DNA of 64,000 nucleotides from the IMG/VR virus record IMGVR_UViG_3300005529_000006, positions 1 to 64,000 of that record, one strand, 5' to 3'. Positions 43,278-53,200 of the stretch are shown here, piece by piece. A model generated the notes under the pieces. It was not told the origin of the DNA and ran no database searches. It was given only the letters and a program-made list of their open reading frames with translations. The position numbers and the translations under genes are program-made. The stretch comes from a virus. Each line of letters opens with the position of its first letter. Positions within the stretch are counted from its first letter, which is position 1.

Positions 43278-46200
43278 ATGTCGATCTACAAGTCCCCCCT
43301 TCGCCCCTTTGATCCCATCATTGTGGACGATCAGCCTGTCCCGATAAGTCGTTACTTCCGTGATGACTTCGCCGGGTCGGGACAGGACAGTTTTACCGAT
43401 CCCCCTGCTCAAGATCAGAGCATGTGGCAGAAGCTTGTCAACATCATGCCGATTGCGTCTGGGACCATTAAACGACGCTTTGGGTACGCGAGCCTCAGCA
43501 ATTTTACGTTCGCCTCCGGGGTGGTTCCCCAACATCTCTACACCTACCAGAGAGACATAGACGGCCTGCGGAAGATCCTGGTCTCCACCACACAGCCCGT
43601 CCCTGGGAGCCAGTCAGCGCTAGTCGCTCCTTACGACATGCTCTCGTTCATGGTCCTCGATCCCACGCTTCGAGGCAGCTTCCACTACACAGGTGTGAAG
43701 CCGCTCAAGACCATGAACATCACGAACGTTCAGGTCCAGAACAACGTCGTGACATTGACGGGAAACAACACTGTAGCTGTAGGCGACTTCCTGTCTGTCT
43801 CTGGACTATCGGTGGCGACGTTCCTCAATAGTGCCACAGGTTTGCAGGTTGCCAGTCGAACTCCGACCCAGATCACCTTTAACTTCAATCACGCCAATCT
43901 TGCATCAACGCCTGACACTGGCACCGCAATAACCAAGAGCGATCACACCTACTTCCAAATCGACGCCAGTAGATTCTGGTGGATCAAGGGAGATGGCAAC
44001 AATCCTCCCGGCACGGGAGGCTGGCCCTGGGACATCAACCTGTATGACAGCAACTTCATCTACCTCTCGGTTACAGAGCTTAATTTCTCTAGCCCGAACG
44101 ATTGCAAGCGCCAAGAGTCGCTCAATCCGTCAATCGGTCTTAAGGGCTTGCCGTTCTGCAAACGATTCTCCACACCTGGAGACTTCGTACTTTCCCCGGA
44201 ATCGGTTCGAGTTGTCCCTTACAGCAACGGAGTTGCACAGCCTGCTTTCATTCTTGGACACACTCGATGCGAACTGCACGGGCCGTTCCTAAATCAGAAC
44301 TTCAACTCTCCCGGTAATGGGAATCTTCCTCCCAACCTCACTACTCTCGAAGTTCACTATCGTTGGGGTGGAACCGATCCTTCGCCCGTCTACAACACCC
44401 GCGAGATCTATACCTTCGCCTGGGACCCGACCACAAACATTCGATACGGTCTGATTCAATGGCAGACTGCCAATTGGAACGCCACCACTCAACAGTACGA
44501 TCCTCCGAACGACTGGTCTCTTCACAATAATCTTGTCGCGGGAGTTACGGGCCTGCCTGCCTTCGATCCCCAGGGATTCGGTGGCGGTCCTGTCAGTGGC
44601 AATCCTCCTGCCTTCGTTGACACTACTTCCGGGGGCAGCAACATCATTGCCCTCAATGAGGACGGTTCGATCTATGCCAGTGGCGTTTCTTCCGCTACCG
44701 TCCCGCTACCTTCGGACTCTCCCCGTGTAGTTGTCTCCCGGAACTCCGCCTACATCTACGGCACCCAAGGTAGCAACACCAAATGGGACGGGAACGTTGA
44801 TCCCAACGGAAACGCTACCGACGTTACCAAATGGGGCATAGACGTAAACAACGTCGGCAATAGCAGCTTCGGACCTAATCTCCCCACCACCTTCCACGAC
44901 TTCGGGGACAAGGGAATCCCCTGGAGCAATCCCAACAACATCCTCCTAGACGATGGACAGGTTGCTACTGTCACCCAGATTGCACCCGGCGTAGCAAACG
45001 CTCTAGGCGCTGGCACGTTCAACATGAACGCCGCTGGCAACATCCTCGGTCTCAAGGTGGACGTTAAAGCCGCCATCAGCTTCAATAGCTCAGGCATTAC
45101 TTTCGTCCGACCTACAGCTTTCGTAGGCACCAGCAACCAGAACGTTTCTCCTTTCGCCAACCCGCAGAACGCAATTGATGGCCTGGCCAGCACCAGCTCT
45201 ACAGGTTCCGGACACTACATCAAGGTCCCCGATCCCGGCACCCATCAACTTACAGTAGAAGAAGTTCTTGCAGTAGAGACTTGGAAAAGCTTCCCCGCTT
45301 ACACCGGGCCCGCTGCATCTGCAATCAACCTGAAGATAACCTGGTCTTCGAACTTCACCACTGGTGGCAACACACAATTACGCTTGAGTGTAGATGGCGT
45401 GAACTTCACCACTATCGCCAGTTCTAGCTCTAGTGCCCCCCAAGGGCTGACTACTCTAGTCTTCCCCCTGGCCGTCAATCAAGACCTGACTAAGCTTCAG
45501 ATCATAGGGCAGGCTGCTGTAGACGGTACAAGCAGCACAGGCTTGGCTTCGTTGACGATTGTGGATATCTGGGTGGAAGTCACTGGCCCGCAGACCAACG
45601 TTCCACCTAACACCAACCTGGTCATTACCCTGCTCAAGGGCGGTCAGATCTACGGACAAGCCAAGTCACTGGCCCTCACCAGCGGCACACTCTCCACCTT
45701 AACTTATGGTGGAACCACCGATCTTTGGGGCGGGGTGTGGAGTGCAGCGGACATTAACGATCCCAACTTCGGAGTCCTGATTACCGATCAGAACAACGCA
45801 GTCGGGGTGACCACCATCTCGATTGATTCTGTAAAGGTCACGGCCTATACCTCGGGCGCAGGAGTAACCCTCTCCAACTTGAGCAACGCAGGAAACGTGG
45901 TGCTCACGGTAGGCAGGGTCTACTATGTGGCGTTCAAGAACAGTTTGACCGGGCACATCAGCGATCTCTCTTTCCCGAGTGCCTCCACTGGTCCCTTAAC
46001 CAATAAGGCAATCACTCTGGGGCTCCCCGTTAATCTTGATCCTCAAGTCACCTCCAAGGTGATCCTTGCCACCGCAGACGGTGGAGATCCTTCGGTCTTG
46101 TTCCTAGTGGCAGAGGTTCCCAACTCCACTACCTCTTTCGTGGATAACACTGTGGAGACTTCGCTGGTCGTTAACCAGCAATATCTCTTCACCGATGAGT

Positions 46201-47282
46201 TCGGAAACGAATTCGGGATCTCGCAAAACGATCCTCCTCCCCAGGGCACTCTGGCCATCAAGCACAAGGGCCGCATCTGGATGGCAGTTGGACAAAACTT
46301 ATTCTTCTCCAAGAGTATCACCGAGCTGACGCTTCCCAATGGCTTCATCGCCGGGAAATATGAGGAGTCCTGGCCCCAGGATAATTACTTCGATATCTCA
46401 GCGGGCGCTGAAACCATTCGCGGCTTGCTCTCTGATGGTTCCCAATTGTATATCGGCACCGAGCGTCACATCCGTATTCTCTTCGGAGACAATCCGGACA
46501 ACTTCCAAGAACCCGAAGTGGTACATCAAGAAGTCGGAATCCTCAATCAAGATGTATGGCAAACCGTCTTCATTGAAGGCGCACCTGCGGGTGCTATGTG
46601 GATCACTCCTGACTTCCGAGTAGTGGGTAGCGACTTCAACCAGTATCAAGACGTGGGCCACCCCATTCAGGACATCCTGAACTCCATCAACCCCGCAGCC
46701 GCTCAGACCGCGCACGCGATGTTTGTATCGGATGGCGAGTTCGATCTCTATATCTTGGCCGTCCCCACTGGCACGAATACCTATTGCGACACCCATCTGA
46801 TCTATGACATGCGTTCGCGCAAGTGGTTCCCCTGGTACCCGAGTACCCAGAGCACTTCCATGCTCTACAACGTCTCGGCTTCAGGCCAGCCTATGTGGTT
46901 GTTCACTGACCTTCAACATTTGCTGGAGTACAGCAGGGATTCCGTAGACGACAGCGGTACAGTCTTCCCCGCATCTGCGCAGACTTCTTGGCTCCACATG
47001 AGCAGTCCCACGCAGCGGAAGATCCTCAATGAACTTGATATCATCGGCGACCCGGCCCTGACGGTTACAGTCGAGGGTGCTTCTACTCAGGCGGAGTTCC
47101 GCGTTCCCAAACTGTGTGCCCTGCAAGAGTCCCTTATTGTGGATGCTCTGGGACACTACAAACTTCTCCTGGCTGCGGCCAACACCAACTCCCGCTACTA
47201 TCGCTTTACCTTTATCTCGGGTGGGCAACAGAACATCCTCGATAGCTACAGTGTACTCAACATCTCAGTCCATAGCTTGTAA
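43278..47282 (+). CDS. giant tail protein (1334 aa) containing the module shared with 28183..28812
   Basis: See the module alignment under 28183..28812; Asn/Thr/Ser-rich. Confidence 0.55.
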   Translation: MSIYKSPLRPFDPIIVDDQPVPISRYFRDDFAGSGQDSFTDPPAQDQSMWQKLVNIMPIASGTIKRRFGYASLSNFTFASGVVPQHLYTYQRDIDGLRKILVSTTQPVPGSQSALVAPYDMLSFMVLDPTLRGSFHYTGVKPLKTMNITNVQVQNNVVTLTGNNTVAVGDFLSVSGLSVATFLNSATGLQVASRTPTQITFNFNHANLASTPDTGTAITKSDHTYFQIDASRFWWIKGDGNNPPGTGGWPWDINLYDSNFIYLSVTELNFSSPNDCKRQESLNPSIGLKGLPFCKRFSTPGDFVLSPESVRVVPYSNGVAQPAFILGHTRCELHGPFLNQNFNSPGNGNLPPNLTTLEVHYRWGGTDPSPVYNTREIYTFAWDPTTNIRYGLIQWQTANWNATTQQYDPPNDWSLHNNLVAGVTGLPAFDPQGFGGGPVSGNPPAFVDTTSGGSNIIALNEDGSIYASGVSSATVPLPSDSPRVVVSRNSAYIYGTQGSNTKWDGNVDPNGNATDVTKWGIDVNNVGNSSFGPNLPTTFHDFGDKGIPWSNPNNILLDDGQVATVTQIAPGVANALGAGTFNMNAAGNILGLKVDVKAAISFNSSGITFVRPTAFVGTSNQNVSPFANPQNAIDGLASTSSTGSGHYIKVPDPGTHQLTVEEVLAVETWKSFPAYTGPAASAINLKITWSSNFTTGGNTQLRLSVDGVNFTTIASSSSSAPQGLTTLVFPLAVNQDLTKLQIIGQAAVDGTSSTGLASLTIVDIWVEVTGPQTNVPPNTNLVITLLKGGQIYGQAKSLALTSGTLSTLTYGGTTDLWGGVWSAADINDPNFGVLITDQNNAVGVTTISIDSVKVTAYTSGAGVTLSNLSNAGNVVLTVGRVYYVAFKNSLTGHISDLSFPSASTGPLTNKAITLGLPVNLDPQVTSKVILATADGGDPSVLFLVAEVPNSTTSFVDNTVETSLVVNQQYLFTDEFGNEFGISQNDPPPQGTLAIKHKGRIWMAVGQNLFFSKSITELTLPNGFIAGKYEESWPQDNYFDISAGAETIRGLLSDGSQLYIGTERHIRILFGDNPDNFQEPEVVHQEVGILNQDVWQTVFIEGAPAGAMWITPDFRVVGSDFNQYQDVGHPIQDILNSINPAAAQTAHAMFVSDGEFDLYILAVPTGTNTYCDTHLIYDMRSRKWFPWYPSTQSTSMLYNVSASGQPMWLFTDLQHLLEYSRDSVDDSGTVFPASAQTSWLHMSSPTQRKILNELDIIGDPALTVTVEGASTQAEFRVPKLCALQESLIVDALGHYKLLLAAANTNSRYYRFTFISGGQQNILDSYSVLNISVHSL

Positions 47283-47800
47283 TGCGCGTCACTGATCCAA
47301 AAGACCCCACCATACTCAATAAAGAACTGGGCAACAAGGTGGATGCCCTTCGCAAAGAGTTCAACTCCTTGCGGGACATTGTTCATCAAGTGCGGCATCA
47401 GGTGGTGCTCAGCAACTTAGATAAGGCCAAGACTCTGGCCACCAACAACTGTGTCTTCACCTGGACGGGCGCAAGTAACCATCTCTCTTGGAACAACTCG
47501 GCAGTCGTGGACGTGGTGAACACCACCTACCCCATCTACGCAGGCACGCTGACCTTGAGCCCTAGCACCTTCTACTGGATGGTCTGGAACAAAGAGCACA
47601 AGGTCATGACCGCTCTAGCAGACATCCGAACACTGTTCTCTGGGAACTCGGGACAGGCCCTCTCTGGTTCCCACGCAAGCGACAACAACATAATCATCTG
47701 TCAGATCTTCACTGGCACCGGAGGACAAACCGGGATTGCTGGTGGAGGTGGCAGTACAGGTGGAAGTGATCTCATCGGAGCGAGGTATAAAAATTTCTAA
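47282..47800 (+). CDS. putative fiber tip/assembly protein (172 aa, Gly-rich C-terminus)
   Basis: TAATG coupling. Confidence 0.45.
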   Translation: MRVTDPKDPTILNKELGNKVDALRKEFNSLRDIVHQVRHQVVLSNLDKAKTLATNNCVFTWTGASNHLSWNNSAVVDVVNTTYPIYAGTLTLSPSTFYWMVWNKEHKVMTALADIRTLFSGNSGQALSGSHASDNNIIICQIFTGTGGQTGIAGGGGSTGGSDLIGARYKNF

Positions 47801-48091
47801 ATGCTCCACGTCTCTATCAATTGGCAAGTCTTCTACTACTTCCTGGGCGCATTGTCGCTCATGGTAGCGGGAGCCTATGCCGGAATCAAACTCGGAGTCC
47901 ACGTTGTTTCCTTCTTCGTGAGGATGGATACGAAGCTTGATGCTGTCGATGTGAAGGTTGACACCATCATGACCAACCACCTTCCGCACATTTATGAGCG
48001 TTTAGGAGAGAGGTTTGAAGTTACCAAAGATTCGATTAGCTACTCCCGAGGAAATCGTCTCGATAGAAAAGACGAGCGATCTGACCCCTAG
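47801..48091 (+). CDS. small membrane protein
   Basis: TM FYYFLGALSLMVAGAYAGIKLGVHVV. Confidence 0.35.
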   Translation: MLHVSINWQVFYYFLGALSLMVAGAYAGIKLGVHVVSFFVRMDTKLDAVDVKVDTIMTNHLPHIYERLGERFEVTKDSISYSRGNRLDRKDERSDP

Positions 48092-48353
48092 AAGTCAGGT
48101 ATGGGAGTGTGGGGGCATCCTGGGAGTCACCCGGCTGGCAGCCGAGATTGATCCGGTTTACTACGGGGCAGCAACGGACACTCGCAAATACTTCTTCATC
48201 TGGGGCCTGGAAAACATCCTTCGGGGGAATGGCCTCACTGAGTACTACTTCAATGTCCCCGTCTCGGACAAGAAATATCTAGAGATCGTGGAGCACTTCG
48301 GCGCGGTAAAGACCTCCCGCGAACCGGAATTCCGCTTCAAGAAACAACTGTAA
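48015..48353 (+). CDS. hypothetical protein (112 aa)
   Basis: ORF. Confidence 0.4.
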   Translation: MKLPKIRLATPEEIVSIEKTSDLTPRSQVWECGGILGVTRLAAEIDPVYYGAATDTRKYFFIWGLENILRGNGLTEYYFNVPVSDKKYLEIVEHFGAVKTSREPEFRFKKQL

Positions 48354-49051
48354 TGTCAACCAAGACTACTACCACTTCACAGAACCAGAGCAATCTTCAG
48401 TACGACCCGAAGTCCCTGGGGACTTACCAGAACCTTACGGGCTCTGCGGGCAAGGTCCTGTCGGGTTACATGAACAACCCGTTCGGGAATCCGTTCTTCA
48501 ACCTGGGAGCGCAGTTCGCCCAGAAGGGCGCGTCTCAACAGGGGCAGAACAACATCAATGCCATGACCCAGAACATGCTGACCAGTGGCTTGGGTGGGCA
48601 AGCAGGCGCGGGCTTCAAGATGGCGCAGCTCGGCAAGATTGGGAGATCGAATGCTTCCATGATGAGCCAGGCCAACCTGGGCAACGTGATGCAGGCTCTG
48701 CAACGTCAACTTGGAGCAGCGGGCACGGGTCTGGCGTTCCAACCATTGATGACCGGAACCAGCAGCACGGGACAGGAAACTCAAACTAAGAGCGGCTTGG
48801 GGACCTGGTTACCACAGCTCCTGAGCACCGGCATCGGCGCGGCCATGGCTCCCTTCACAGGTGGCGCAAGTATGCTTGGCCCCACGATGGGTGGCAGCAT
48901 GGGCGGTGGAATGGCAAGTGCTATGGCACAAGGCGCACCTTCCCCCTTCAATCTCCCCGGCAACTCTTTCTCGATGCCTAATATCTGGGCGGGCAGTTCG
49001 CCTTCCATCCCGAGCTTCAACCCGTTCACGTTTAGCGGAATCGGATCATAA
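48353..49051 (+). CDS. Gly/Met/Gln-rich low-complexity virion protein
   Basis: ATGA coupling; composition. Confidence 0.45.
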   Translation: MSTKTTTTSQNQSNLQYDPKSLGTYQNLTGSAGKVLSGYMNNPFGNPFFNLGAQFAQKGASQQGQNNINAMTQNMLTSGLGGQAGAGFKMAQLGKIGRSNASMMSQANLGNVMQALQRQLGAAGTGLAFQPLMTGTSSTGQETQTKSGLGTWLPQLLSTGIGAAMAPFTGGASMLGPTMGGSMGGGMASAMAQGAPSPFNLPGNSFSMPNIWAGSSPSIPSFNPFTFSGIGS

Positions 49052-50292
49052 TGGGTATCTACGATTCACTACTGGGTAGTTCCTTTTTAATGGGACCCAA
49101 CCAAGCGATGAGCATGAGTCGCCAACTTGGTGGACTGCGTGCTATGCAGATGATGCAGAGAGAGTCGCGCTATGCCGATCCTCGCCCCATGAGAAGCATG
49201 GGCGGGAGAACGCAAGCGTTCAATCCCTTTGGTGCGGTGGCTCCCGACCAGCCTGACTATTCTCAGTTCACCTTTAACCAGGACGCCCACAACATGGCGG
49301 GCAAGATGCTGGAGCCTTATGGCCTGCATCCCCTAGAGCCAAGCCAGGTAAATCCTTTTGCCCTCTTCCCTAATCGTGGGTTCTTCGGACGCCACCCAGG
49401 GATTACCAACGCTCTAGAAGGCGGGATCTTCGGTGCAGCCTCTGCACAAGGCGCAGACACCTGGGGAGAAGGCATCTCCAATATCGCTCGATCTATGATC
49501 GAAGGCCCGCAGATGCGGCACCAGATGCTGGAGCGCCAGTTTGCTCAACCCTTCGAGGCTGCCGCTGCCATGGAGAAACTCCACGGCCTGGGCCTGGAGA
49601 ACCAACTCCACGAAGCTCAGATCCAAGAGGCTCGGGCGCGGGCGGAGAAACTCGGACAAGATCCCTGGCCGAAGTATGGAGAGCGTTTCAACACGGACGA
49701 TGGCTCGGTGTATGTGGTAGATCAGAACACAGGTATGCCTAAGCAGGTAATGCCTCCGGGTTCCGTCTCTAAGCCTGACAAGGCTCCCACCGGAGTCCTG
49801 GGGATGTACGAGCCCTTCAAAGCGGATTATCTGAGGCGCAATCCCAAAGCCAACGAGGAGCAAATTCAAACCGCTTTCGCCAAGAGTCGCAGAGCCGGGA
49901 GTGCCGGACGCGCAGGCAAGAGTGTGATGGCAGTAGTTAATGGGAAGCTCCAGGAAATTAAACCTGGCGACCCCTGGCCTTCAGGCGCAACCTCCCCAAG
50001 CGTAGCCGAAGGCACCAAGGCAACTTACACCCAATCTCAATGGGACAAAGCCCACCGAGATGTCTTCATGGGCGCGGGAACCAAAGCCCGCTTCTGGCTG
50101 GACAAGAAACTCAAGAGCGGAGAATCTGTTGACTTCTCGAACGAGAAGCAGAAGCAGCAGTGGTTCCAAGAGAACTACGGCGACCGCCCACAGCCATTTC
50201 CTAATCTGCCGCAACCTTTTGGTGGCGTGCAGGTGCTGCCCTCTAGCGTGGTCAACACGCCCAACGACATCCCCGATAATCCTTACGAATAG
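49051..50292 (+). CDS. putative internal virion protein (413 aa)
   Basis: ORF in the internal-protein block. Confidence 0.5.
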   Translation: MGIYDSLLGSSFLMGPNQAMSMSRQLGGLRAMQMMQRESRYADPRPMRSMGGRTQAFNPFGAVAPDQPDYSQFTFNQDAHNMAGKMLEPYGLHPLEPSQVNPFALFPNRGFFGRHPGITNALEGGIFGAASAQGADTWGEGISNIARSMIEGPQMRHQMLERQFAQPFEAAAAMEKLHGLGLENQLHEAQIQEARARAEKLGQDPWPKYGERFNTDDGSVYVVDQNTGMPKQVMPPGSVSKPDKAPTGVLGMYEPFKADYLRRNPKANEEQIQTAFAKSRRAGSAGRAGKSVMAVVNGKLQEIKPGDPWPSGATSPSVAEGTKATYTQSQWDKAHRDVFMGAGTKARFWLDKKLKSGESVDFSNEKQKQQWFQENYGDRPQPFPNLPQPFGGVQVLPSSVVNTPNDIPDNPYE

Positions 50293-53200
50293 TGCCACAG
50301 AATCCTGACATCAGATCGGTCCTCGATCCTCTTCAGGTGGATAAGAGTCTCAAGAAAACCGCTTGGGACTCCTACTACGGAGCGAACAGCCCCGATGAAT
50401 TCCGCCAGAAGTTCGACTCCCTCGCTATCCCAAAGGAAGCTAAAAAGCAACTTTGGGATATGAAGTTTGGAGGGAAACCGAAAGTAAACTTCCCGATCCC
50501 ACAGCCCTTTGAAACTGGGCCACAGCTTCCGGAGAAACCGGAGCAGCCTGGAATTGTCTCCCAGGTCCTAAGTGCGGCCTCGAATATCCCCTTGCTGTCT
50601 GACTTGGGGATACCTTCGAGTCGTGGACCGATGCCTGTCAAGGGTGCAGGTGTAGCCGATGTGACTGGAGCCCGAGGTTATCCCGAGATGTATCAGGGAG
50701 CCAAGGAGTTCTATAACGCGGACCAATACGCAGATAAACGTCGCGCACAATACCAGGGAGCAGCTCGTACCATTGGTGGCGCGATGGAAGCGGCCAAGCC
50801 ACTGATGTATCTCTCCGCAGCGGAAGCCCCCATCGACTTCGCCGCAGGTCTTGCATTGAGTCAAGCAGGAAGTTATGGGGCAGAACATATCTCCCGAAAC
50901 TACTTCAAGGCTTCCCCTGAAGCGCAGCAGCTCTGGGGACAGCTAGGCGGATTCCTGCCCATGGCAGGAGGCATGGCACGGGGATCTATCCGTGGCTACA
51001 AAGAGCTTCGTTCCAATTTGGTTTCGAAACTAGCCGATGACATGTTGAAGCAAGGAGCTACGCCAGAGATGGCACAGCAAGCTGCTGAACATGCGGTGCA
51101 GATGTATGAAGCCACCGGGGACGCGCAACGCATTGGGGCGGAGAACGCTGAACCTCCGAGTGCTACAAAGGTTGCCAAGATCCAAGGAAGGAAGATCGCA
51201 GGTGGAGTGGTTGGAGCCGCACAGCACGCAGCTCCCCTGCCTGAAGAACAAAAGGCAACTCCTATTCCGGAGTTCCAGCAAGCCCCGGTCCCGACGGACA
51301 AGATCGCAACTCCCACGGAGACGTTCGCCCAACCGGAGACACCTAAGACAACTCCCGCCCGTGAGATACTGTCGAGTAGTCCATCTTCTGAGTCTGCCTT
51401 TATGGAGCCTCCGAAAGTGGAGGCTGCTCAGCCGACCGACGTGCGATCTGAGACTCGCCATAACATAACTACCGACGCTGTAACTGGAGAGCAGAAGGTT
51501 GCCCGCAAGGAACTTCCTCCTGCCCAGGAGCGGGCGCAGCAGTACGTCAACGACTATCAGAACTTCGACAAGGAGCAGCAACAGTTAGAGCGCTCCCTCA
51601 AGAACGGCAGACTAAAGAATGCCGACGCCACGCGCCAGCGAGTCGAACTCCTCAAGCAACTCAAGGACAAAGCCTGGAGGAACTATGTCCAGTACGCAGA
51701 CAGGGGAGATGTAGTAGATACCCTGAAGGGCCTGGCCCCTCAGCTCAAGTCTCTTGCCGATCAAAGCTCTCTCCTCCAGAGCATCGGCAAGCATCTCGCC
51801 GACGGCAGCTACACCCTCTACAAAGCAACTGCGGACAAGTCCAACAAGACTTATGTTCCGGATGACCTGATTCAGTCTGCCCTGGGCACAGGCCGCACGA
51901 ACGTAGTGCCTCCCGTCCCTAAGGACTTCGTTGACTCCTTACCCGAAGGCTCCTACAAAGAACAGCTCAAAGCTCTCAATCCTCGCAGCCAGGAAATCCG
52001 TCAAGCCTGGGTATCGAAGTATCTTCTCCAGACCTCCGGAGAAGTCCGCAACCAATACGAGGCGCTTAATGACCGCTTCAACGTCGCACTCAAAGTAAAA
52101 GGCGTGCGACCGGAGGAGTGGCTGCCCCTCACTGCCGAGAGCAAACCCGAACCCAAAGGCCTCCCCGCTTATCGCCCGGAGACTCCTGCCCCCGCTGTCA
52201 ACAAGCCTTCTGCCTCGGCTACCGAGCGCAACTCGATCATCGAGTACTACCAGAAGCAACTGGCTGCCGCTAAGACCGACAAGGATCGGCAGATGTGGCA
52301 GAAGTCAATCGAGAAAGAGCAGAAGAAACTCGGGAAAGTCCCTCCCACAGAGGTCCCCAAGACCGAACCTCCCCTACCTAAAAAGGGGTTCAGCGAACAG
52401 GAGTTGCCTGATGAGATGCGCTCCTTCCTCTCTGCCAATGCCACCATGGGCATGAGAGCGGACGGAGACATAGGCGCACTCCGTCAACTTGCACAGTTCG
52501 GCGACCCCAAAGTTTCTAAACGCGCCCGCCTCTATCTCAAGGCCCTAGGTCATGAAGTCCCCAAAGTTTCCAAAGCCAGCAAAGTGGAAAGTGCCCCATC
52601 AACCTCCGAGGGCACCCCTGCTGAAAAGTCTCTCGAAGCCGCCCAGAGCGCCCAGGCCGCAGGAAAACCCCTTTCGCCTCTCTCGCGGAAAGAAGTTCTA
52701 GATGTAGTTGACAAAGAAATAGCTAAAGCAGGTTTCGACAAAGCCATCGTCAAAGACATTCGCAAGCTGGTGCTCGACACCTACGCCCGTGAAGTGGCGG
52801 CAGGTAACGAGAACGCCCTTGAAGATGTCAAGGGGGTGATCCAATCTTTTGCGAACCAGAAGGGGGTATTCTCCTTCCGTCGCATACCGGGTACGCCGCA
52901 AGGCCCGTCCGTTTTCAGCAGACTCGCTGACACTCTAGACCGAACTCTCAACAAATCTGAACAACGCCAGCTCGCAGAGAACGTTCTCCGTGAAGGCACA
53001 GGCTCGCTCGCCAGGGACAGAGAAAAGGTTTTCCATCGCCTGGAGGATCACCTTGACCGCCACGACGGGGACAATGTAATGGAGTTCCGCGAGTTCATGG
53101 ACGCCGGTGAAGGCAAGCCAGGGGCACGCTTCCTCAATCCCCAAGACCAAGCCATCGCCAACGACCTGCACCAGATGTTCCAAGAACGTTGGGCAAAGCT